Positions 25,550 to 37,180 of a DNA stretch of 64,000 nucleotides are shown here, piece by piece; position 1 is the stretch's first letter, and every line of letters begins with the position of its first letter. The position numbers and the translations under genes are program-made. The notes beneath the pieces were generated by a model, which saw only the letters and a list, made by a program, of their open reading frames with translations, ran no database searches and was not told the DNA's origin. The DNA comes from Camelus ferus (Eukaryota), in the NCBI RefSeq assembly GCF_009834535.1, contig NC_045696.1, positions 22,260,001 through 22,324,000 of the forward strand. Direction: 5' to 3'.

Positions 25550-28500
25550 CAGAAAACTGCTTTCTTGATTTTATTTTAAAAGTACACAAGCTCACAAAAC
25601 TAGAGCAAGTTTTTTTTTTTTAACCAAAATGTGTTCTTAACAAATCTCAAAATCTGCACCATTGGATATTTAAGCCAGAAACTTGAAATACAAAAAATCA
25701 TTTTTTTTCCTGAAACTGACACTATCAGTTCTCTACTTGCGTATGTAAAGTGTCAAAATACTTCTCAGTAGTACAAATCTATCACAAAAATTCACAGGAA
25801 TGAGAATAAGTGAATCAGTGAATTACGGTTCTCTTAACAGTTGTGCTGTTAAATAAAGCAGAAAACACAGAGTTCTTCCTTGGAACTCTTGGTGTTCAGG
25901 ACCAAAACCAAACCCAATAGATGTTCGCCACACTTTGAAATTACAAAACAGTGTAATTTGTAAAACTGGATTTTAATTACTACTAAGAAGCCAATGAAGC
26001 AAATATTTGATACTGTTACCATCCATAAGATACACAGAACCACAGTTCACCAATTTATTTATTATTCTTCCCTGCTTCTGTAACATTTATAAGTAGAATT
26101 TGTGCTCAGTTATGGACCATTTTAGTGTCAAACAAGTAAAAAAAAAAATCCAGCTGCTGAACATGTTGACTTTATTGCAAGAATATCCAAAGGCATTTAA
26201 AATATTAAAACTTGCCCAGAACATTCATACTACTAAACACAGAAATATTATAAAGATATATGTACATATATATATATAATATAATGTCACAAGCCACTAA
26301 AAAGTTAAAACTGTGCCAACATTTTCTACAAACTACTCCTTACATGACACATCAAAGCATTAACCACAAAAAATACGGACTTTTTCTGTTCACACTGGAA
26401 TAAGGCATCTGAAAGCCCTAAACACTGTGAAGATGAAGAGATTAAGAAAAAAACTTTAAACATTCACATAACTTCAATTTACATGCTGCACACACACAAA
26501 AAGACAGAGAATAGTTATTTTAAGAAGCCATACATTATAGAATTTGACATCCAACTTCATGCAATGAGTTCTCTATATTTAATCAAAATGTTTCCCTGCC
26601 CCTTCACTTGCTCCAAATTTCCAGAACTCAATCTTAAAAATTACCTTTTTGATAAAAATCAGGTATTTATACATACCAGTAATTTAACTGTGTTTCTTGA
26701 ATTAATCTTCCCACTAAGACACGCTCAGGTTGTGTTTCCATTATAACAACTCCATGGCAGATAGGCCAAATGCAAAGGAAGTTATCTGCCTGGATTAACT
26801 GGTCAACATGATCAATAAGATTTTCTTTTGTTTTGGCCTTCTAACGGGGAAATATTGGTAAGATTGCCAATAAGAAAAAGAATACTGGTGATCTACATTT
26901 TCAAAGTACAGAATTACATTCTCTACAGCATCATTTCTTTCCAAGTTGTCCTGCATAACTCAAAAAAGATGGCGTCAAGTCTCCTAGGTATAAAATGGAA
27001 CGGAAGCACTTTGCGTGCCATCCGTGACTCACGTTCGGCTCTGATGGAAATGCTTGAATAAAAATTTTTGTTGAATTGCTTGATGACTGCCAATAATAAT
27101 TCTAGAACAAATATTTGATCTCTAGTTCAATGGAAACCATCAGCGAGAATTATTTGGGAATTTATCAGTACTATCTGACTTTTGGATTAACTGAAATTTA
27201 CATTGCGAGTAGCTGGAGGTGTACACCTAAACTGAATTCTGTCCTCTACACCCAACCACACCCAAAAGGTCTCTTCAGGTCACAGAGTCGCTTTTTATGA
27301 ACCTGTTTCTCAGACTGTAGGTGGCTTGGACCTGAACCAGCAGGAAGCGTTTTTGCAAGAGATTCTAGTTTACTTACAGCCAAATCCTAGACTATGAACT
27401 ACAAAGTCTAAAGGAAGGAAAAGCCTTACATATGTCTACTTTTTATAGTAACTTCTACTTAGATTGATCATCTTCATTATATGAAAACTGGGAATAAAGA
27501 GGACCAAAAACTTATCATTAGTGTTCGTGCTCGGTTATTTATCCTTATATCTTATAAATATTGTATTCATATAAAACAGACCAGATATCTGATATTCAAA
27601 AATAGTTATTGTTATAAAATCAGAAACACAGTCAAAGAGTGTTGGGATGTTGAAATTTTAAAAACTTTGAGTAACACAATCAGTTAACTTGCAGCCAAAA
27701 AGAACAGAAAAGAGGAGGCAAGACTGAGAGGAGGACAGACGGTATCACAGTGATGTGTTGTTAGCAACAGTACCTTCACCTCTAAGCACCTTTCAGGTGA
27801 TAGCCAGCTCATAGGCACCAGAAATTCATAATAAAAATTAAATTACCCAAAAGGCACAGATGAAAATGAAAACACATGTATAAAAGCAATAGTATGTAAT
27901 GTTAAAAATCTATTTAAAAAACCCTTCCAAATATGTAAAACTATACACTAATCCATGACACATTCAGCTTAAATTTACCATTAAAAAGTGTACACAATAC
28001 TCTGCCTAGCCATAAATTCATGCCAACATTAATTTATAATGTAGCATTTACCACCACAGCACCCAAAGAGATGAAAAGAAACCAGCTCCCTACTAAAATC
28101 TAGGGAAAAGGTTTTAGCGCTAGTGAAGTAATTTATTGCCGACCTTATGTACTATAAAGAAACTGTTGGCTCATTCTACTCTATCCACGCTCCCTCAGTC
28201 TTAAGGGAAATACAATTAATTCACTTTCATGTACTAAAACAGTATTTAACGTATTTGGCGGTTAGGAGTATTCCTGTTACTCCTTTTCCTTTCATTTCTC
28301 TCTTCCTTTTTTTTTTTTTAAGTCACTTCCACAAAACTAAGACAAACTTTTCAAAGCTCAACTTGATTTTCTGCAACTACACAAGACATGTTGGCCATAC
28401 GATAGCAACAGTACATCCTCCCAAGTCTGAAATATAGAATTGACAGAGGACACTTACTAGTTTAAAAGTATATTTCATCATTCTAAGTCTAGGAAGAAAA

Positions 28501-29571
28501 ATATCCTCCAGGAACTGCATTCAAGAGGGTAAATTTAAGATTATATTTCTAATATAATATACTACACCATCACGAAAACAAAACAAAAAAACCACACTGA
28601 ACAAGGCGGGGGCATTAAAATTTAGAACCAATAATTAGGAAATTAAAGATAATCTATAAATGTCAAATAATAAATGAGTTATACTTTTTTTCCTATTACA
28701 AAAATATCACCTACAGTAGAGGGCCAGTGTTTAGCTGGGAACCACAAAATACGACACATCTTTGACATAGCAGGTCACCATTCTGAAGGCTACCGCGGGC
28801 TTCAAGGCATTGGAACCCTCATCAACAAAACCCATCCTCACCACTGCACTGCTAGTGTCGCTGCCGTGTGCAGCTGACAGCAAGTTTTCTGAATGAATCT
28901 GCTATATGCTCCTTTATTGTGGCATATAAAAGAGCTACTACGTTCCTGGTGCCCACAACAATCTATCAACCAAATACTTAAGAAGTCATTTCATACACAA
29001 GGTCTATGAATGACTTGGAACTAGTGATTTCTAGAACACTGTAGTGTTTTCTATTTATTAGACATAGTTCAAACGTTTAGAGTTTTCAAAGGAAAAACAA
29101 GGACAAACATAAATGTCTCAGTATTTCTGCTATGAATCTTTCTTTACCAATTTGGGGGGGGGGGGAGCCCACTACTGGATCATAAATTAATTGCAAAAGG
29201 CAACCTAAAAATAACAGTAGAAATTATAAAGTACCACTTTCAGATGATTCAAGTATCAACTTAGTGTGCATGTAAGTTCACCATTTATTTCTTCACCTAT
29301 GATTTCATATTCAAAGTGCTACATCTGACTTAAGCATTGATATCCAGAAACCTAAAAAATCAAGCTCTTACTTAGTGAACTTGTCCTTAGAACTTTAATG
29401 CCTTTACTATTTCAGTATAACCAAACAAAACTTTTTGTAGTGTAGTTCTTCAGTTTCTGTTTGACTTCTTTCGGATATATTTTGAGGCTGGTAGCAAAAT
29501 TTAAAACAGAATAGGTGTTCACACTTGGAGAAGGAGACACGCGGGGAGCACAGGCGGCGGACACGGAGGCT
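25550..29571 (-). other. CXADR: CXADR exon 7 long 3'UTR (about 4 kb, end approximate) with several candidate poly(A) signals
   Basis: AU-rich stretch with no obvious interspersed repeats. AATAAA(-) at 29284, 29054, 28913, 28132, 26171, 26054 and 25570; the last has TGTA upstream and GU-rich sequence downstream. Confidence 0.65.
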
Positions 29572-29836
29572 CTACACTATGGACCCATCCTTGCTCTGTG
29601 CCGGGATCATCACGGGCACCGCCCCCATCCTGCTGAGATTAGGGGCAGCTACCTTAGCAGGCGCGAGAGTCGGACTCTGAGGAGCGCGTTCAAAGTCTTC
29701 GCTCGGTACTTGGTTATACTGCGTCTTGGAGTACCCCTCCATGTTGGAAGGAGACATGGATCCCAGGGATGAGTGGTTGCTGCCCATGTAGCTTCTGGCC
29801 GTGGACGTGCGGCTCTTTGGAGGCGGCACGTCTTCC
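29572..29836 (-). CDS. CXADR: CXADR exon 7 coding part (265 bp): cytoplasmic tail ending in PDZ-binding GSIV (CAR-Ex7 isoform)
   Basis: ctctccag|G acceptor. Reads [87 protein letters not shown], with TAG at 29574-29572 and the YNQV sorting motif. Confidence 0.98.
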
Positions 29837-30884
29837 CTGGAGAGCAGAGATCCCAGGACACGTTCAAAGAACAAGTTTCTAAAAACCTACAATTACGTAA
29901 GCTAGGAGTCGTGGGAAGGGCTGAGGGAAGATCCTCTATTTAAGCATTAAGTATATAAAAGTGTGTCTGACACACAAAAAGCAAGCACAAGAGTGTGCAA
30001 TGCAGCGAGCAGTGTACACATCCAGAATTTATCATGTACAGTGTGTATCTTCACACATCACGAGATGTGGTTTGTACAAAAAGCGCAAGATTCCATAATG
30101 TTGTCTTACGAAGAACAAGCCTCAAATATTTCCATATTCTAGTATCACTGGTCAAGATAATCTGGTTACAGTCATGTAACACTTTATAGTCGATAAAGCA
30201 CTAACATCTACAGGTATTTCTACCAAAGAAAAGAGAACAAGATAAAATATCCTTTTTATTTTGAAAGTTACTCATCTAAGACTTTAGCTGAAAACTTAGC
30301 AGATTGAAGTTTGCAAAAACTGGGAATTAGGCCTAAGAATTTTCACATCAAGCACTGACAAAGGATATGTATCTGAGTTACCTCTGATGCCCAGACCCAC
30401 CAAATGTCAATTTCCAGTATTATTTTGGTCATATATTATGTTTACAAGTTCTATAATCCAATGTGTACTTCCAGTTAAGATCTACTGGTTTGGGATGTTT
30501 GAAAAATAAAATCATATTACCAACAGTTTTTATTAACTACCTACGTCACTTGATACAATCAGGTCTTTTTTTAAAAAAAAAACAAAATCTTCATTTTTTT
30601 TGAACACTACATCCCTGTACTTTATTGGAAGAAGGTAGACAGTCTTGAGATAAGCATTCTGCAGTGGATCTTAAAGTAGGGCCCAAAATTGGTGGTGGAG
30701 GGAAAGGGCGCGCACACACACAAGGGAGGTGGGTTGGATCTGCACACTTCAAAATGAAAGTAAAAACTTTCAAATGTGTTTCATTTAATTCTCAGAGGCA
30801 AATGTTTCAGATGGTTAGGAGAACTAAGGCTTCAGAGACAATAAACTTGGTACATATCAGTCAACTCCTGTGTCACTTAATTAC

Positions 30885-31023
30885 CTGATATCATGATGAA
30901 CTTCCTTTTCATATTTTTTTTCTCTGCGCTTTTTATGACAGCAAAAGACGATAAGACCAATGAGCACGAGGGCTAGCAAAATTCCTATAACAGCTCCCGC
31001 AATTGTCCCAGCTCTGTTTGAAG
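30885..31023 (-). CDS. CXADR: CXADR exon 6 (139 bp): transmembrane helix and juxtamembrane tail
   Basis: Not in the ORF track; translated by hand. attctag|CT acceptor, AG|gtaatt donor. Reads (P)[45 protein letters not shown](R), with the CC palmitoylation pair present. Confidence 0.97.
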
Positions 31024-31558
31024 CTAGAATAAGATGTTAGTAAGAAAGTAATTAACAGTAAAAACAAAAAACAAAACAAACCCTTCCATCTAGTCATACT
31101 GAAGGTAATGACACACAATGACAGACTGATTTCATTGCATATATTAACTTTAATAGACAAATTAATTAGCTTTTTCTGCTGGGGGGAAAATCCAGTAAAA
31201 ACTTTCTTCTGAACTATGTAATCTACTTCAAGGATAAAAACAGTAAGACCACTCTACAAGACTTTAAGTTGGCATATAAGAATGTTCCAAACAGTCTGTA
31301 CTTCCATTGGCTAGATATGGCACAAGAACTGATTTGGAAACTCTTACCTTCTTAATGTCATTACAATAATAAAGAAAGTTTAATTAACAAAATGTAGTAC
31401 CTTTTTCCTTTCCATGACTTAGGAAAGCTAACCAAGCCACAGAGGGCTTTGCTCAGTCAGCATTCCCTGGCCCTTAATGTGTATTTGCCGACTGAACCAC
31501 AGGAGGCTACATAAAGGTAATGGGACCACCATCACAACAACAGGAAGAAGACACTTAC

Positions 31559-31681
31559 GAGGAACAACGTCCAGGCGTAGCAGACACTGATCAGAGCCCA
31601 CTCTGTTTTTGACTGTACAGCTGTATGTCCCAGAGTACTCAGTAGTGGCGTTTTTTACGGATATAACAGGTGAATTCATTT
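31559..31681 (-). CDS. CXADR: CXADR exon 5 (123 bp): second half of D2
   Basis: cttcctacag|AA acceptor, C|gtaagt donor. Reads (E)[40 protein letters not shown], with an NAT sequon. Confidence 0.98.
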
Positions 31682-32640
31682 CTGTAGGAAGAGGCGGGGA
31701 GGGACCAAAATCCATTTTTATACTATCACATTGCTGAGTTTTTAGTAAAGGCAAACCCTATCGGTTTGACGATACAGGTAAAAAAGCAAGGCAGAGTGAA
31801 GCTAGATGCAGAACAAACTATCAGTGAGATACATGCATGTCTCTACAATGCAAACAATTGTGCCTCCAGCTCATTTATACCAAAGCAAAAAAGTAATCAC
31901 GGCCGCCTCAGTCAGGTGCACTGAGTCTCCGCTGAAGCAGAGTCACACTGATTATAAAAAATATTCCACGCCACCAAGGCTCTTAGGCACAGCAGCAAGA
32001 TATGCAAACCTGTTTCATCCCTCCAGATGGAGGAAACATAGAAAGTTAGAAGGGGTCATACAGTTTGGCCTCTCAGTTTGATAAAAAGAACAAGATGCAG
32101 AGAGAATCCTGGTTAAGACCACGGCGGGGAGGGTGGAGTATGGTATCAGTTTGAATAACAGGTCAATTATAACAAACAGATGAGTGATCAGATTTAGCCA
32201 ATTTGAATCTTTCTGGTTAACGTCACATAGGATTTTTTTGTTTGGTTTTACAGACACACCATGGGTAAATAACCATATCTTCAACGTGAATCCAGACAAA
32301 ACACTTAAGATCCAACTCTTGTTATAACGTAGCCACTAATTCATGATAATGAAGAGTTTCCATCAATATTACCATCAATTAAATATATATATATACCAAA
32401 GAAATCAATTATAAACCCTAAACAGTGATCATTATAAAAGTACCTCTTCATTTATACTACATGACACTAAGCTGTCATTACAAAATGCTGAGTAAGTCCC
32501 ATGGAATCCTGATTGTTCATATTACACAAAAAAGGGGAAGGCATTTGGAAATTAAAAAAATACACACATACATGCACAAACCCTACTAGATATAAGTCCA
32601 AATCAATGGCAAACAGTTCAAACTGTACAATCAGCAGTAC

Positions 32641-32796
32641 CTGCTAACCATGAGGTGGGCAGTTTCTGTGAGTTGGACAACTTTTGCCATTCGTATCGTA
32701 ATGGAAGTGAACCTTCTTTTGGTTCACATTTTAGTTTAAAGTCATTTCCAATTTCTTCTGATCCATCAACGTAACATCTTGTACCTGAAGGCTTAA
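32641..32796 (-). CDS. CXADR: CXADR exon 4 (156 bp): first half of IgC2 domain D2
   Basis: ctttttctcag|TT acceptor, G|gtactg donor. Reads (V)[51 protein letters not shown]. Confidence 0.98.
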
Positions 32797-33499
32797 CTGA
32801 GAAAAAGAAGTAAGTTATAACTTCATATAAGAGGATAGAATGTATGTTTATAACGATAAACACGCAGCATGCCGCACAGCCACGGACTCGACATCAGGCG
32901 GTCCTGGGTTCAGAGCGGACAAGACTGAGAGACTACGTACAACAGGATGTCAACACTAGGTGGCTCAGCTTTATCCAGCACACAACAGGCAAGAAAGAGC
33001 TCAGGCAAGCAGCCACTGCAGGAGGCCAGGCAGCATCTCGGGCGCGGCTCCGTGCCCCTCCATTCCATGGGGCACTTCTGAAAAAGCAAGGGTGACGCAG
33101 GCTGGGCTGCTTTAGGCCCAAGGAAGCGGCCCCTCCATTCCTAACCTATTCTTCTACTCCGAGCTTGTCACGCAGCGCGGCCCTCAGGGAGTACGTGCGG
33201 TCACACCCCTCTGCGCACTGTTAACCAATCAGGGGGGTTATAATAAATAATGCTGGTAAGAGGTACGATTTCCTAGTGCAGGAAGGACCAATTAACATTC
33301 TACGTTTACACCATCAATCCAAAACCATCGAGAGCAGTGTTACAAAAAGGCAGATTTGAGGTCATATTCCAGGTCTCTCTGTGCAGCTGTTTAGAGCAGC
33401 TGCTAACCTAGTGTTGGTGTGGGCAGCAGGGTAACACCCTGGCACTTCATACTCCTCGGCTGAACTGTGTCAAGGCATGCTACACCTATGATAAAACGA

Positions 33500-33890
33500 A
33501 CACATTTTAATCATGTGGGCTGATCACTTTCAACATACGCCCGTTAAGCACCACTCCAATCCTCTCCCAAGCAAGTTCCCTCATGCTGGTTGCAGTTGGT
33601 CTCACTCCACAGTCCTGGCCCAGGCAGCCACTGATCAGAATTCTCTTGCTATAGATTAGTTCTGCTTCTTCGTGAGTCATACAAGTGGAATAACACAGTA
33701 TGCACTTTCGTCTTGTTCGTTTATTCATTGTAAGGCTTCTGAGATTGATCCAACTGATCTATGTTGTTCTAGATGTAACAGTTCATTCTCTTTTATTGCT
33801 GAGTTGCATCCCATTGACTGACTGTAGTATAAATTTGTTTGTTCATTAATGTACCGGTAAATGCTATTCCCGTTTGGGGGGCTAGACTGA
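33500..33890 (-). mobile_element. Old L1M 3' fragment
   Basis: agttcattctcttttattgctgagt...atttgtttgttcatt motifs; boundaries approximate. Confidence 0.55.
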
Positions 33891-35559
33891 TGAAGAGCAG
33901 GTGTGTAGCCTGGCACTGTGAGGAGCTGGGGAGTGTCACTGGATAAGGGGGGAGGGGGATGCTGAAGGATTCTGAGAGTCTTCAAGAAGCAGAGATCAGT
34001 TCTGAATCTGATGCCTTTTCTGAGGCAGGATTAGGAGAAGCAGGGATTAAACTGGAAATGAAAGCCATCTAGGAACTGAGGCTCTAGTAAAGGATGAGTG
34101 GTGCAAAGTGGGTCTGGGGGCCGCAGAGGGGAGACAGCAGTAGCCGACCGGTCACTAATGCTTCATGACCTTGGGGGAGACATGTTCCCTACACGCCCTG
34201 CAACTGGCGCTACCTGCATCGCTCCCCCCGGCCTGGTAAACGGCAGGACTTTTGCTTTTTCAGTCGGACGTGATCTTCATTCTTCCAAGTCCTGGATGAG
34301 CTTATATTCTTTCACTACTATGAAGAAACGTGAATGAGTTTTACAGTTTTGCACTATAACGAATATCACTGCTTCAACACTCATGTAAATACTGGTGTAT
34401 GTTTTCCTTTCTCGGTAACTGTGGGGTCATATGAGGTAAGTGGATGATTAGCTCTGTAAGAAAGTGTCAGACTGGCCAAGTGTCGGCCATACCCAGTGGG
34501 GCACCTTTAACTGAGGCTGTTGAGGCTGTCAGTCATGACCTCACATCACACATTTCCTGATAATTCTTAAATTTGATTGGATGTTTCTGTTACTACTGTA
34601 TTCTTCAATAAGGATCAACACATGCATTTAACGGCGTTGTTGACTTTCCTAAGCAAATCTGTTTCTTTTTCAGATTGATCAGCTGCCCTGCAGACTACGC
34701 CTACTGGATTTTTAAATCAGTTTGGCAAATTATTTCACACTCTGAGTCTTCAACAAAATGAGCCTCGTTCTCCATTTCTTCAAATTACCAATAAGTCCTT
34801 CAGTACATAAACTAGCAGTACGTGAGACACTGAAGCAATGCTCTGTACATCAAACATCTACTGGTAATACAATATTCTATCCCTAACCTTCCACTTTTCT
34901 ACTCTAAGTGTGTCCCTTTCCCATATACCAAACATATCCAACAATGCACAGTACTTAAAGTGGCTGCTCAAGAAATTCAGGGCCCCAGTGAATCTGAGAT
35001 CTCAGCATACTCCGTCCTCAACAGAACAAGATCTTCCTGACACTGGTTTCTGAATGTTGCTTTTAGAATGGCCCACCTGCTTTCCAGTGGGAGGAGAGTG
35101 TGCAAATTTTTTACATACCAACCCGAAAATTATCACAAGGGGAAGATTAACTCAATGCAAGGAACTTTGCTGGATTAATAGAAAGGGTAAAACCACAAAG
35201 GGAACACAGATAAAATTGTATCCTCTTTGGTCTGGGGTTCCAGGATACCTGGCCATTGTCCTCAGAACATTTGCCACCACGATCATTAGCAAAGCCAACA
35301 GTCCTTCTCAGGTAAGGGTACATGACTGTCAACTTCTACTTGGTCAATGTCCCACCAGTCAGCAATGCTGTGCTCCATGCATGTATTGCACAAAATCATC
35401 CTTGCATGCTAGTGGCCTACCTCAGTCTACAGGAAACACACTCTAAATCCCTACATGGGACAGATCATTCTTTTACCATCATGTCATCCACCCAGGAATG
35501 CTATTTTTCCTTGGTTCAAAACATGCTGACTCCTGGCGAAGTCCATGCATAGACGCTAA

Positions 35560-36005
35560 AGAAATCAATGGGCAAAAAGTCTGAAGAGGAACAGGTATTT
35601 GTATACTCTCAAAGTGGCTCCCCCAAGGCATTTTTTAATTCCAGAAGGAAAAACAGTAATTTTTAAAGTGGAGAAACCCATCAGATAAAACTTAAACCAA
35701 GTGATCATGATTAATGACACAGGACATCATGTGTCCCTTGACACAACTGGAGGAGACTAAGGAGATGTAAATGCAGTGTGGATCTTAGACTTGATCCCAA
35801 CACAAAAGGACACAAACAGAAAGCTATGAAATTCAAATAAGGTCTGTAGTTTAGTTAATAGTACTGTCCTAACATTAATTTCTTGGTTTTGGTAATTGTA
35901 ATAAAATTTTCCAAGACGTTAACATTAGGAGAAATCAGATGATGGATATATTATCATGAACTCTCTAGTATTTTTGAAACTTTTCTATAAAACTATTAAA
36001 AAGTT
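35560..36005 (+). mobile_element. Old L1MC-like 3'UTR fragment
   Basis: aaattcaaataaggtctgtagtttagttaatagtactgt...aatttcttggttttg motifs. Confidence 0.6.
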
Positions 36006-37135
36006 GGGGAAAGTCCTCCTCTGCACCAATGGCTTGCAAGTCCTACTGTTGACTGAGTCACCACACATGCTGTTGCCACTGTGTTCTGGCAGTGTGGCTG
36101 TAGTCTGAGGGCACCATACACATCTGGGAAACTTAAATGCACGAGCTCTCCTCTTCAAAACAACCCAGTCTATGTAGAGCAAAAGGTCTCAATAATAGGC
36201 TTTTTCAGAGTAATGAGGGAAGGTGCTAGTTATGCCGCCATCACATTAACCCTTTATCAGTTCCTTTCGTCATCTTCACCCCCTTTCAGCTTCTTATTGA
36301 CCAGCACCCATGTGCACGTCTGGTGTATCTTTAAGAGCACAACGGGCCAAGCAATGGAGCACGTTACAGCAACCTGCCACCCCTCACACCCAGGCAGCGA
36401 CACGGTCATCCTGGTTCATGCCTGCACAGCGCCCACGGCTCAGTGAACCCCATGGTGGCATCTTCAGATTTCCCACAAATGAATCAAAGTAGGACACAGA
36501 TGCTGTGCAGCGAGCAGGCGCTCCACCGGACCACCGCTCAGCCTGGCCCCTAGAGGGCACTGTACTTAATCTTTCCTCCAGATTGTCTAAGGATTCTCAG
36601 AAAAATCAGATGAAGCATCTGTCCAGCTCTCACTGCCAACTGAAAATTCTGGTGTTTTCACCCGCAGCAATGGTCATGACGCAGCTGAAAATATGGGAGA
36701 GAGAACTACAAGAAACTCTCCTCTGGCTCTGAGACAGCCTTGCCAGGTCAGAGGATTAGTCATCCCCACTTCCCCTTTTCTCCCCTTACCCCTCATTTAA
36801 TCCCTCTTCCTCCCTGGTCTGAACTCAGGGCTTGCTTGGACATGGTGATCCCCTAGAGAGCTAACAAAACAAGTTGCTGGGTCAAGGCTTTCCACTGATC
36901 CAGGCTGGGGAATGAGATGTTGGGGGCCTGAGGTTTCATATAAAGGGCCCTGACTCCTGGCCAACAGTCACGACTGCTGCCTCCAGTGTGCCTGGCCACA
37001 GGACATGCCCCACTACAGTCCACCTCCATTCCCTTCTTTCTGGGATATGTGCTGCCTTGTGCTGTAATCACCCCTTCAGTTGTCACCTGCAAATTCAATG
37101 CAGAACCTGGTCTTCCGGGATCACACTCAATCACT

Positions 37136-37136
<1 letters not shown>

Positions 37137-37173
<37 letters not shown>

Positions 37174-37180
37174 CACACAC
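37137..37180. repeat. (CA)n microsatellite
   Basis: Direct reading. Confidence 0.95.

Noticed and set aside
29515..29772. Antisense ORF over CXADR exon 7
   Set aside because: Expected shadow of GC-rich coding sequence; non-ATG start and no other support.
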